Of a stretch of DNA of 64,000 nt, positions 23,210-35,660 are shown piece by piece (position 1 is the first letter of the stretch; each line of letters begins with the position of its first letter). Source of the stretch: Sphyrna mokarran. Its lineage: Eukaryota. The notes under the pieces are model-generated. The model was not told the DNA's origin and searched no databases. It saw nothing but the letters and a program-made list of their open reading frames with translations. The position numbers were made by a program, and so were the translations under genes. Location: assembly GCA_024679065.1 (NCBI GenBank), contig JAGIQG010000048.1:248001-312000 (forward strand). Direction: 5' to 3'.

Positions 23210-26200
23210 GAACTTCTCCCACCCTTGAATATTATTTTGACACAATGACACTGACTAATGGGAATCCACGTCAAAGTTCCATCATGGAGAAACACGCGAG
23301 GTAAGAGGTCTTTATGGAGCTTGACGTTAACCATACATGAGGTGCACTATCAGAACAGCTGGGTGCTTGGTCTGGTTCCCTTCGAACGGAGCAGTTTATT
23401 GGGAGGGTTAGTACAGACTTTCAAAGTTATTAATGGGAATGTTTTACTCGTTGGAAAGAAACTGTTACCCTCTGGCAAAAGGGGAGGCCTACGGTAGAGA
23501 CTGCTTGATTGCATTACACAAGGCCATCTTTCTATTTGTGTTGTACCAGACCAAGCTTTCATTGTATGACAGCAAACCTTGTCTCTTTTCACACTACATT
23601 CGCTCCTTTCTCTCCTTATGCTACACTGGGCCGTCTCTCTCGTTATGCTATATTAAGTCCTCTCAAGAGTAAGCCATTTGTTTGATGATATCCCATAGAA
23701 TCTCATCTCTTTATATATTACATAATATTTCTCTCTTTACATTAGATCAGAACCTGTAGCTGTTAATCCAAAATACAACGATGAGAATGTTGCCTGCCGA
23801 ATATTATCAATCATGATATAATATGGGTGTGCCTGTGGAACACCAATCATTCCTGTTTGAAAGTGTAGATTTCATTTTTTTGTTGCTAATTTCTATAAGT
23901 AGCTGTGAGAAACTTCTAGTTACTCTGTTATGGTGTGGGTAATATGTAGCTTGAATGTTATAGTAATTTCTCAGCAATTAACTGGGAGACAGGTCAATCT
24001 CTGAACAATCGTGCAGTGCTCCTTGCAAGACCTTCAAGCAGCATCTGTTGTGATACATTTCATTAGTTGAACAGTGTCGCACTGTGTGTCAACTTGCGAC
24101 AGATTTTGGCGACAAAGATTGTTTCGCTTCTCCTGTTTCATTTATACCGTTCATGGACAGTGTGAGACAGAATTGTGTACTCACAATATCGCCAAATGGA
24201 CTCTCATAGGCTAAATGTCTATCCAATCATTAATTGTTCATCTGTTTCAGAGAGAAATGGAATGAAATGGCCACAGGACAAGAAAGAAAGTGTTACTTTT
24301 TTTCCTGAATACAATTTAAAATATATATTTTCTGCAATCTGAATTGTTTTCTTCGAAATGATTTTTCAGTTTGGGATATCTTCATCTGCCTGGACCCTAA
24401 TCTTTGTCATTCCCTCCCTAAATCTCCTGATCTCACTTCCTTCGTCTAAATCAAACTGTAAAATTGTCCCTTTATTGGTCATCCGGTCAATATCCTGATC
24501 AAATATCCCGTTGTTCAAAAACAAGGTGCTGTGGATAAATGAGACCTGGGAAAAAATAAAATGCCAGAAACACTCAGCAGATTATTCATTGTTAAGTGGA
24601 ATGGTACTCGTGTGCATCTCTCTCCCTCTCTCTTTCTCTGTGCCTGCCTCTATCTCTCTTGCCTCCTTTCTCTCTCTCTCTCTCTCTCGCACACATTTGT
24701 AACAGTTATATCCAACAATGCATTAGGCTATGCCTCTTTAATTACTCATTTGAATCATTATTGCAATAGGTTTTATAATATGCCGTTTTATTTATTATTA
24801 TATGATGGCACGCTGTGGGAAATGCTACAAATCATCACTTTTGAACTTCTGTTCATTCAAAATGTCATTTCTGTTACATTAAGCTCCACTTCAGATGTAA
24901 TTGTGCTTGGCTTATTTGACTCTCCTTCGTATTATACTGGGCCCTGATCATAAATCCAACACTGTCTCAGCAATTGTTTTTCTATAAAATGCTAAAAGAA
25001 AGAAGGAGCCAGCGAGATGAACAAATGGATATTAGCTTCAAAATATATTTGTGTCGATGAATGGGGTTCGAGGAATGTGTTGTTAATAACTACTAGCAGT
25101 TGGCTAGAATATCTAATTCCTCTCGTATTGCCTGCAATATCTTGTACAGAGTTTGGAATCCAATGTGTAACATCCTCTTGTTCAAAAGCGATTGAGGAAC
25201 ACAATAAAGGTGTGCCACGTTGCACTGCAAATGGACACTAAGGAGCAGTTTGGTCTGCCATTCCTACAAACCTGGACATCTTTGGACTGTAGGGGAAAAA
25301 CGGTAAATCTGGATGAAACCCACATGGGGTGAATGTGCACACAGTTACACAAGGTGGAAATGGACTCTGTGTCCGTCACAGTGTGAGGTACCAGTGCTAA
25401 TCACTGTGTAAATAACTGCTGTTACTTTCAAGTTCATTTTTTCAGGATTTACCTGCACATTTTTTTGCCAGTCGATGTCTAAATTTACTGAATGTCTTGA
25501 ACGTTCTTAAAGTGATGGGAATGGAGGGGTATAGAAAACTGATTTAAAATAGGGATCATGAGCCTTGGGAGTCCCTGGGAAGTGTGTAAATAGATGATGA
25601 TATTGATGTACTTGTTTTTATCCTACGGGTGCTTTGGTCCACCTTGTTGTCTAACAAGGGGCATACACGCGATGGGTCGTGAGAGGGCTGCTCTTGGATT
25701 TTTTTTTTCGAGAGTATCCTAGTGCTTCACGTCATTAGTGTACGCTTGACCTGGACCATTTGATGGGCAACACGACAGCTCAGTGACTATCGCTGTGCTT
25801 TGCAGATACATGGATTTGGGCCTGTGTCTGTGGGAGTTTGCGCATTCTCCCCGTGCTTGCGTGGTTTTCTCCGGGTGCTCCGGTTTCCTCCCACATCCCA
25901 AAGATGTGCTCTTAGGCTAATTGGCAAAACAAATTCTCCCTAAATTGTCTCAAATTTGGTTTTTAATCCATAGAAAATGTTTTAAATTTCCCTCTTGTGT
26001 CTCAGTGATGGTGTTCCCTTCAATTAAACACAAATATGATCATTTTACTTGCTACATTAAAATGGGAATGGAGGTGAATATAATGCTGAGACCGACAGCA
26101 ATATCTGTGTGGTTGTTCTTGATGTTTTCAGAGGGAGTTCACCCTCACAGGCAGGAAGACTGTTCACGGTGATAACGTCAAACTGGGCCCGGTTGGTTCA

Positions 26201-26959
26201 TTCTCCTGTTTCTTGCTGCCGCTTCCAAACCGCACATCTCGCTTCTGAGCAGAAAATAAACCCAGGGACCACAATCTGGTGAGAACATCTGTCAGTGCAG
26301 CTTACATCTGTCCACAGAATCACACAGGTCACACTGCGGTGACATTTACAAATGGGTCTGATGTGATCTGTTCAGAGTTTCCAGAACTGAATGGGCAGTG
26401 GATCAGTCACTGAGCTCTCCCAGATTCCATGTAGGAAGGGAATGATAGCTGTTATCTTGTATTTGTTGATCATTTTCTCCCCATCTATTTTCTTTTTGTT
26501 TCTCAGTTTTTATATCTATCAGCACTCTTTTTCCCTCCTAACCCTCCCGCTGTCCCCGTCTATCTCCTTGTCAAGCTTTTGAACACTTTTATTAGTCTTC
26601 AAAATCATGAGGTTGGGAGAGGGGTGATTAAAGAGAGAACAACTCCAAGGACGGTCGGTAAACAATGGGCAAAAAATAAAGTATTTTATTTTACCGAACA
26701 GGGAAACAGAATTTTAATTTTTCACCTTGACCCAAGAGTTGGCATGAACAGGAATAAAGAGCTTGGAAGGCAGATGGAATCAGATTTCACAGTAACTTAT
26801 CCTTCATGGAGTTAAAATGTGAAGGATTTTCGAGAATAGGTCCATTTTAATGGTTCTTATCTATCATTGTCCTGGCAACGTGTCTGTGTCTCCCCTGTCC
26901 TTCATTGAGACTGAATAAAATGCAGTATTTATACAATTGTATAATTCTTCTGTTACTTA

Positions 26960-27113
26960 NNNNNNNNNNNNNNNNNNNNNNNNNNNNNNNNNNNNNNNNN
27001 NNNNNNNNNNNNNNNNNNNNNNNNNNNNNNNNNNNNNNNNNNNNNNNNNNNNNNNNNNNNNNNNNNNNNNNNNNNNNNNNNNNNNNNNNNNNNNNNNNNN
27101 NNNNNNNNNNNNN
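26960..27113. other. Assembly gap (154 N)
   Basis: N run. The mirror position 40666-40799 holds a (CA)n-rich microsatellite. Confidence 0.99.
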
Positions 27114-29073
27114 GAGGCGGTTGGGGTGGGGAGTGGACTATTCTGAATTCCCAATTATCCAATTCTATTTATAAACCATCACTTTGAACGAATTAGCACT
27201 GGATTGAACTGGTTTAGGAAAATCACATTACTCTTAACGTTTATTACACTGTTCTTTTTTCCCTCTGATGATATTCTCCAACTTAGTCCTTTCAATCCTC
27301 ACGTGTCTGAATTCTATCTGTAAATGTGGAACTGTTTGTAATAATGAAAATTTCTTTTCCTCTGAAAGATTCACTATTGTTACCCCAGGGAACAGAACTT
27401 TATGGATTCTGCCATGTCTGTTCCCCCTCCTTGGGAATAACAGCCCTTAGTCGGGTGGAGTCAATCATAGGATTTCCAATCCCTGTTTGCTCCACAGATC
27501 CCTGCGTCCCTCATCATGACAAAGAAACCTTCCCCAAAGCCCTAGAAACGATTGTTTCTTTATATCAGATCCCAGTCTGACCCCGAATCCAGCTCTTAGT
27601 GATACAATGGAGCCGGTTATTCAAATTCTAATGTTCTCATTCTCTATGATTATTTTGGACACCGTTACCCAATCCGTTGTGAATTAGAACCTGTACCTCA
27701 TCTTGCTTCATTCCACACCTGCCGGTTATTATTGGACAAGTTACTTTTTCTAGAATTATCACACGCACAAAAAATATTAATTTAAATGTTCTACCACGTT
27801 CTCTCTCTTGGAAATCTCACACACTGGTTTACATGACTCTCCCAGTCAGTTAATGTTATCATTGTGTTAGAATCTCTGTTTATATTGGATTAGATTCTGT
27901 CTCTGTAGTTAGAGATAATTTTTAATCATTTATAGGATGTGGGTAGCACTGAATCTCTTGCCCTTCTCTAATTGCCCCTGAGCTGCTATCTTGAATCGCT
28001 GCAGTGCATGTCCACCAGGCAATGTCACTGTTTATATCACACAAGGTCTGGCCAACCTCATGATACACCTGATCCTGATTGATCGTATTACAGAGGTTGT
28101 ACAACCTACACACAGTAGAAAATATTTAGGATGGTTACCATGGAACTGGGGAAGGTAACGGTTAAACAGAAATATTGCTCCTTCTCTGGAGAGTAGCAGA
28201 TGTTTCAACTCTTTGCATCTACAGAAATAAGAAGTCTGAGAATTACAGATGTAATTTTGAGCTGTCGGCAATATCTCCAGGGTCCCTTTTCGCCATTGTG
28301 TTCACAAATCAGCACACAACTGAGTCGTACATCAGGAAGTTTAGTAAAACACTGAGCAGATCAATTTCCGTCATTGGAAATGTGATTTATTCATTTTCCA
28401 ACAGATTTCTAGAGGCAGAGAAGTCAACGGCGGGAACAAAACAGTGGGGCATTTTGTACACAAGAGCGCACAGCAGAATGGCTGTCAATAAATAGTTACA
28501 TGTTAAATGTGAAACACGTTTGGTGTTTTCACGCATTCGTGGAAGGCAGGGATGGGCTGAAGGTTAGCACTGGGAAAACTGAAGGGGGAATTGCTAAAGG
28601 AGATCATTTCACCAAAGGGGGTTATTAGAAAATAGGATATTTAAAATAAATTAGCACGGAAATGTCTCTGATATTTGTTAGACAGAGAACCATAGAATTC
28701 CTACAGGTCAGGGAAAAAAGGCCATCTAGTCTACCGAGTTTGTATCCCACCCAGGTCCTTCTCTCCCGGTGAGCACCACACATTAACCAGGGCTAATCCA
28801 CATACTGTAAGGGAAAATAACGGGCAATTTTGCATGGTCAATCCAACTAATACTATGTGTTATAATATGAACAAGGGACAGTGTTTGTGCAGTGATACAG
28901 AGACAGGGCCGAATGCACCAGGTATGGATCCAGCACCTGTACTGATATGAATGCAGACTGGATCCAGGTCAGTCATTACTGAGAGAGTGTATACAGTATA
29001 TTACTAACCAGCATGGTGTTTTCTCATATAAACAGAGACATGCCACACTCAGTCTTGACAAAGACACTGTCTA

Positions 29074-29800
29074 TTCAACGGTAGGAGTCTTAGCTGTGTT
29101 GTAGAGCAGAAGGATCTCGGGGTCTGGGTCCATAGGACTCTTAAATCGGCCTCGCAGGTGGAGGATGTGGTCAAGAAGGCGTACGGTGTACTGGCCTTCA
29201 TTAATTGAGGAATAGAGTTTAGGAGTCAGGAGATAATGATGCAGCTCTATAAGACTCTTGTCAGACCCCAGTTGGAGTATTGTGCGCAGTTCTGGTCGCC
29301 TCATTATAGGAAGGATGTAGAGGCTATGAGAGAGTGCAGAGGAGATTTACAAGGATGCTGCCTGGATTGGGAGGCAGGCCTTATGAAGATAGGTTGAGGG
29401 AGCTGGGACTCTTCTCACTGGAGAGACGTAGGTTGAGAGGCGACCTGATAAGAGGTTTATAAAATGTTGAGAGGAATAGATAGGGTGGACTCTCAGAGAC
29501 TATTTCCCCGAGCTGAAATGGTCACTACGAGAGGACACAGATTTAAAGGTGCAGGGAAGCAAATACAAAGGAGATGTCAGGGGTAGGTTTTTCACTCAGA
29601 GGGTGGTGAGTGAATGGAACCGACTGCCGTCGGAGGTTGTTGAGGCAAACTCACTGGGGTCTTTTAAGAGACTTCTGGATGAGTAGATGGAAAAGAATAG
29701 GATAGGGGGTTATAGATAGGTCTGTGGATTGGTAGATGTGATCGGCGCAACTCGTGGGCCGAAGGGCCTGTTTGTGCTGTATTGTTCTATGTTCTATTCT
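29074..29800 (+). mobile_element. CR1 LINE 3' fragment, frameshifted
   Basis: [36 protein letters not shown] and TTCTATG tail. Confidence 0.92.
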
Positions 29801-30811
29801 AATATATGCAGAGAGAATGTGCTCTGTAATTTAAACTGAGACTGGTTCCAGCGCTATCAGGAAATAGGGACATGATCCAGTGTGATATAAACAGAGATGT
29901 GGCTGAGTGGAATAAAAAGTAAGGGAATGCAGAGTAAAGCAATAATTGAGAAAGGATGATGTGTAAAATGAACAGAGATATGGTTTGGTGCATGAATAAA
30001 GGAGAGAGCATCCAGTGCAATAAAAACTATCACCGAATGTAATTTTGTCTGATTCTGGCCATTGTATAATATAAACGGAGACAAATCCGATGCAGTAATT
30101 CCAAACCAAACCTCTAGATTGATATAAGCTTTGACAGGGGCAATTGCAGCAATAAATAAATCATGAAATAGAATACTAATTAGAGACAGGATATTATTCG
30201 GTATAAACAGGGAGGTGCAGCAGTGATTGAGATATTGTCAATGTTCCTTTATACCCGGCAGGTTCCAGCAATGTAATAACTGAGACTGAGCCTCGTGTGA
30301 TACAGACAGTAACATGTCCTGGTGTTTTATCAGGAGGGAGAGGGTCTAGTGAAGTAACAGCGCAGATATAGAGTTTCATGGCCTTAGACAAGAATTAATC
30401 CCGTTCTGTTATAACAGCCAGACTGAACGGTGTAATGTCAAATGAGGCTTGTTGCAATATAGTAACAACTGGGATTTTGCTGAGCACAGAATCAACTGAG
30501 AATTATTGCCATTTAATCTGAAATATGATTTCCTGTCATATAAATTGGGTCAGGTTTAAGATGGCCAAAGACTGAGTCTATTATAGAAATAACCGGGATG
30601 ATCATCCGTATCGTTTGTGTTAAAAAGCACTGATTCACTGCCATCTCCTGGACTAGCTTTGCTATTGTAGGTGTGGGGAAATGCTGATTTCAGTCTCTGT
30701 TTCTTTTTCTGTCCTGGGCTGTATACCCAGCTGGTAAAGGCCACCATATATTAGCAATCGCTAATACACTGAATTTACTGGTTTTCTAGAACATCATAGA
30801 AAGCAGGTAAT

Positions 30812-31060
30812 GGCCACGCACGCGTGCGCCTGGAGTCACTTCTGGGCCAAACTGGGGAATGATGGAAAGTTTCCTTTCCTGCTGGGCATTAGAGAATCTG
30901 ATACATTTCTTGTCAAGGCCTCAATTATGGAAATGGCCTTTAAAGTCAAAATTGCAATCTTAAAACTTTTTACGGTTGGATTCGAATATACATCTTGAGA
31001 GATTTGCCTACCCTCGGAATTACTCTCGCAGAGACATTGCCACTCTGCCACTGTCTCCCT
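30812..31060 (-). mobile_element. Deu-SINE (SacSINE1-like) remnant; mirror 36712-36960; another piece about 16100-16275 minus
   Basis: GGGAGACAGTGGCAGAGTGGCAATGTC head and Deu-like core CTAATGCCC..AGGAAAGGAAAC..CCATC.TT..GTGACTCCAG. Confidence 0.6.
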
Positions 31061-31194
31061 TTTAACATTGATAAAGTATTTACAGCAGTGAAGAAGGCCA
31101 TTTTGAAGCGTCATGTGTGTGTTGACTCTATAAAGGATCAATTCATCCAATAACAATCTGAAGCCCACAGTCCAGCATTTTGTTCATTTTCAGA

Positions 31195-31470
31195 CAATTC
31201 TCCAATCCCATTTTGAAACCATTCATTGATGCTGCCTGTACCACACTCTCAAACAGCACATCCCAGACATGGATCACTCACTGTCTGAAGATGTTCTTTG
31301 TGATGTCTCTATGCTCCTTTCACCAATTTACTTCAACCCGCGCCCTGTGTGTCAAGATCCTTCTGTCATTAAACAGTTTCCCTCGATCTACTCTGTCAAG
31401 ACCCCTCGGGAGTTTGAATGCCTCATCAAAGTCACAACAGCAACTTCCCGTCAAGGAAATTAGTCCGAAC
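31195..31470 (-). mobile_element. Old degenerate CR1 3' fragment (mirror about 36302-36577)
   Basis: EAFKLPRGLDRVDRGKLF..THRARVEV remnant. Confidence 0.65.
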
Positions 31471-32111
31471 CTCTCCAAAATACATTCCTCACTGAAGTTT
31501 CTGATCTCTGGAATTACTCTGGTATTTTGCTCCTGCATCCAGTCTCCTAATGTTCCATTCTGCCTTAGGTTCAGGCAGTTAGTGTCTGTTTGAACACAAT
31601 CTTTCCTCATGCCTTGAAGTGAAGATTCTGAGCAAATTCATTTCTCATTTCTGGCGGATTATTGGGAATCAGACAAGGTTAAGCACGGCAGTTGAAATGG
31701 TCCTTCACTGCAGTTCATTCTGTTTGTGACTGGATGTGATCTCTGTTTAATTCCACAGTTCAGGATGAATTGATTCAGTGAAGGAACATGCTCAAGACAA
31801 CTCTTGGCCTTTCTCAGCTCCTTCGCTGCGTATGTCACTGAGGTTCTAGTGATCAGGATCGGCACCGTGACACTGTTTCCATTCCCAGTCACGGAGTGAA
31901 TAAGCTATTTGTTCAATTCTTCATTTAGTGAAAAACAAAACGCCTCACAGCATCTGTGAAGGGAGCAACATCGAAACCTTCCGGCTGGATGAACTTGCAA
32001 CGGGAGCTGGAAAAGTCAGACATTCCCACATTCATCAAAAATCTCCGACCTCAATCCTGTTCTACAGCCCACTGATAACACTACACATACAGGAACCAGC
32101 TTGTAGCATTT

Positions 32112-32184
32112 GGCTCCATAGCTCAGTGGTTAGAGCACTGGTCTTGTAAACCAGGGGTCGTGAGTTCAATTCTTGCTGGAGCCT
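32112..32184 (+). tRNA. tRNA-Thr(UGU), possibly decaying
   Basis: GGCTCCATAGCTCAGTGGTTAGAGCACTGGTCTTGTAAACCAGGGGTCGTGAGTTCAATTCTTGCTGGAGCCT. Perfect acceptor stem, A/B boxes, anticodon TGT. Two G-U pairs in the T stem and no adjacent T4 terminator. Confidence 0.88.
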
Positions 32185-32371
32185 CTGGGCAAAATTTAGC
32201 TGATATCAACTGTGGGGAAAAGGCAGGACACAAAACAGGGTTTCCTCCACAACCAAAGGAGATCATAACCAATCCCAAGAGTCAACATCAATTTCCAAAT
32301 GTATCCCGATGACCTTTAGATTCCAGAAATATCTCCCTCTGCACCTTCAATATTAACTGAGGATCTACAGA

Positions 32372-32752
32372 TTTCTGACTAAGGGTCATCGAGACTTGAA
32401 ACTGCTGTCTCTATTTTCTCTCCACGGATGCTTCCAGACCTGCTGAGATGTTCCAGCATTCTCTGTTTTTGTTTCAGATTCCAGCATCTGCAGTATTTTG
32501 CTTTCACCGCCACCAGTTACATTCTGTTTGATTTCTTTTTCTCTCTATCACAACTTTGCCAACTCTTATCCACAGCTCCCCCCCTCACCCCCAACGTCTC
32601 CCACACTTAAAGTGTAAATCTCGTCCTCTTTTCCCGCCTTGATGACTAGCTGTACAAATTTGAAATGTTGCTTCTATTCTCTCCGCAGAGATGCCGTCAT
32701 GAGATTTTCCAGCATTTTAAGTTATTAAGTTCCAGCATCTGCAGTAACTTGC
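32372..32752 (+). mobile_element. Penelope-associated repeat with tandem terminal copies, between the two tRNAs (mirror 35020-35400; related pieces about 9840-9945 minus and 10220-10335 plus)
   Basis: Repeated module TCTCTCC.CAGATGC..CAGACC.G.TGAG.TTT.CCAGCAT..TTCCAGCATCTGCAGTA. Confidence 0.55.
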
Positions 32753-32878
32753 TGTGGGCTGAAGCAGTCATTCCTGGTTCTATCTAAACATGAGGGTCTT
32801 TTCCCCCAACAAACCTTTTCTTGCGAACTTGAAAAACTCTGCAATCTATCAATCAGATTAAGGCTCTTGCTTGTAGCT

Positions 32879-32950
32879 TCCCTGGTGGTCTAGTGGCCAG
32901 GATTTGGCGCTTTCACCACCGCGGCCCGGGTTCGATTCCCGGTCAGGGAA
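32879..32950 (+). tRNA. tRNA-Glu(UUC), probable pseudogene or variant
   Basis: TCCCTGGTGGTCTAGTGGCCAGGATTTGGCGCTTTCACCACCGCGGCCCGGGTTCGATTCCCGGTCAGGGAA. Anticodon TTC, with a C-A mismatch and a U-G pair in the anticodon stem. Confidence 0.85.
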
Positions 32951-33387
32951 TGTAAGCTTTATTGTTGCCGACCAGCAGAAGAGTTAGGAGGGGCTGAAAT
33001 AATTTCCTGATGGAAAACAGGAGTGATTATTGTGTCAGTTTGAACTACCTGGAGGAACAAAAATAAACCCATTGGCCCAATCCCGGCAATTTCTATTTCC
33101 ATTCCCCTTGCTGCTTCCTCCTGTTAAAATGAATAATAATACATTCTACTCCACTACATTTCACCACATTCAAAGATCATTCGTAGCCTCTGCCTCTTCT
33201 ATAGCTTCTTGTGGGAAATCTGCTGAACAACATTAGTTTTTCCCAGCCCTGCTCTGATATCTGAGATTTGTATCTCATTAATCATCTTTATGCTCCCTAT
33301 TGCTTCATCCCAGGTCACTGACACTACAGATATAGTCACACAGTCATTCTATCATCAGTAGCTAATAATACACTCTGCCTTTGAATA

Positions 33388-33992
33388 TAGAACATAGAAC
33401 ACTACAGCACAAACAGGCCCTTTGGCCCACAAGTTGTGCCGATCATATCCATACCTACCAGGCCATAGAACTATCTGTAAATCCCAATCCCATTAAATCC
33501 CATGTACTCATCCAGAAGTCTCTTAAAAGACCCCAGTGAGTTCACCTCCACCACCACTGATGGCAACCGATTCCATTCACTCACCGCCCTCTGAGTGAAA
33601 AACTTACGCCTAACATCTCCTCTGTACTTACCCCTAAGCACATTAAACCTGTGTCCTCTCGTAGCGACGTTTCAGCCCTGGGAAATAGCCTTGGAGAATC
33701 CATTCTATCTATTCCTCTCAACATCTTATAAACCTCTATCAGGTCGCCTCTCAACCTACGTCTCTCCACGCAGAAGAGTCCCAGCTCCCTCAACCTATCT
33801 TCATAAGGCCTGCCTCCCAAACCAGGCAACATCCTTGTAAATCTCCTCGGCACTCTTTCAATAGCTTCCACATCCTTCCTATAACGAGGCGACCAGAACT
33901 GCGCACAGTACTCCAAGTGTGGTCTGACAAGGGTCTTATAAAGTTGCAGCATTACCTCCTGACTCCTAAACTCAATCCCTCTGTTAATGAAG
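33388..33992 (-). mobile_element. CR1 LINE 3' fragment in palindrome spacer
   Basis: [25 protein letters not shown] 33581-33952 and TAGAACA tail at 33388. Confidence 0.93.
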
Positions 33993-34024
33993 GCTAAATC
34001 TGTACTTTGCTTCTGAATTCACAA

Positions 34025-34320
34025 AGGAATAGCCCATCATTCAAACAGGAAGGAAGTGAGAAAATATGGAATGATGGACTTCTGACCCTAGTGTTGGTTG
34101 CAGGGAAGTTGCTCGAGTTTATTATCAAGGAGCTCAGCATTTGGAAAGCAGCGACATAATCTGACAAAGCCGACATAGATTTACAAAACGGGATTCATGC
34201 TTGACAACAACAACAACAAAGAACAAAGAACAAAACAGCACGGGAAACAGGCCCTTCGGCCCAACGAGCCTGCGCCGCCACCCCGATGTTCCCACCTCTA
34301 CCCGTGATCCCTGTCTATGT
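34025..34320. mobile_element. Spacer: degenerate CR1 RT N-terminal piece (plus, about 34025-34207) abutting a CR1 3' tail (minus, about 34207-34320)
   Basis: Decayed P.FK.G..GKLLEFIIKE..QHLESSDII..SCLT, then (AAAGAAC)n-ACAGCAC..CAGGCCCTTCGGCCC. Confidence 0.65.
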
Positions 34321-34821
34321 TATAGATTTATGCATTGAACCAATTTTGAGACATATTAGAGGAAATTTGTTTTAGCCAATCAGCCTAAGAGCACATCATT
34401 TGGGGAATTTGGGAATAAACCGGCAGCACCCAGGAGAAACCTCACAAGTGTCAGTGACCTGGGATGAAGCAATAGGGAGCATAAAGATGATTAATGAGAT
34501 ACAAATCTCAGATATCAGAGCAGGGCTGGGAAAAACTAATGTTGTTCAGCAGATTTCCCACAAGAAGCTATAGAAGAGGCAGAGGCTACGAATGATCTTT
34601 GAATGTGGTGAAATGTAGTGGAGTAGAATGTATTATTATTCATTTTAACAGGAGGAAGCAGCAAGGGGAATGGAAATAGAAATTGCCGGGATTGGGCCAA
34701 TGGGTTTATTTTTGTTCCTCCAGGTAGTTCAAACTGACACAATAATCACTCCTGTTTTCCATCAGGAAATTATTTCAGCCCCTCCTAACTCTTCTGCTGG
34801 TCGGCAACAATAAAGCTTACA

Positions 34822-34893
34822 TTCCCTGACCGGGAATCGAACCCGGGCCGCGGTGGTGAAAGCGCCAAATCCTGGCCACTAGACCACCAGGGA
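34822..34893 (-). tRNA. tRNA-Glu(UUC), mirror copy
   Basis: Exact reverse complement of 32879-32950. Confidence 0.85.
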
Positions 34894-35587
34894 AGCTACA
34901 AGCAAGAGCCTTAATCTGATTGATAGATTGCAGAGTTTTTCAAGTTCGCAAGAAAAGGTTTGTTGGGGGAAAAGACCCTCATGTTTAGATAGAACCAGGA
35001 ATGACTGCTTCAGCCCACAGCAAGTTACTGCAGATGCTGGAACTTAATAACTTAAAATGCTGGAAAATCTCATGACGGCATCTCTGCGGAGAGAATAGAA
35101 GCAACATTTCAAATTTGTACAGCTAGTCATCAAGGCGGGAAAAGAGGACGAGATTTACACTTTAAGTGTGGGAGACATTGGGGGTGAGGGTGGGAGCTGT
35201 GGATAAGAGTTGGCAAAGTTGTGATAGAGAGAAAAAGAAATCAAACAGAATGTAACTGGTGGCGGTGAAAGCAAAATACTGCAGATGCTGGAATCTGAAA
35301 CAAAAACAGAGAATGCTGGAACATCTCAGCAGGTCTGGAAGCATCCGTGGAGAGAAAATAGAGACAGCAGTTTCAAGTCTCGATGACCCTTAGTCAGAAA
35401 TCTGTAGATCCTCAGTTAATATTGAAGGTGCAGAGGGAGATATTTCTGGAATCTAAAGGTCATCGGGATACATTTGGAAATTGATGTTGACTCTTGGGAT
35501 TGGTTATGATCTCCTTTGGTTGTGGAGGAAACCCTGTTTTGTGTCCTGCCTTTTCCCCACAGTTGATATCAGCTAAATTTTGCCCAG

Positions 35588-35660
35588 AGGCTCCAGCAAG
35601 AATTGAACTCACGACCCCTGGTTTACAAGACCAGTGCTCTAACCACTGAGCTATGGAGCC
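35588..35660 (-). tRNA. tRNA-Thr(UGU), mirror copy
   Basis: Exact reverse complement of 32112-32184. Confidence 0.88.

Larger units (their letters stand above)
3786..33325. repeat. Left arm of giant inverted repeat (palindrome)
   Basis: Reverse complement of 34447-64000. ORF track is mirrored throughout (e.g. 33030-33236+ equals 34536-34742-). Coordinate sums are about 67759-67786. Identity ends at ...CAGGTCACTGACACT (33325). The arm probably extends left of 3786, but that partner would lie outside the window. Confidence 0.97.
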
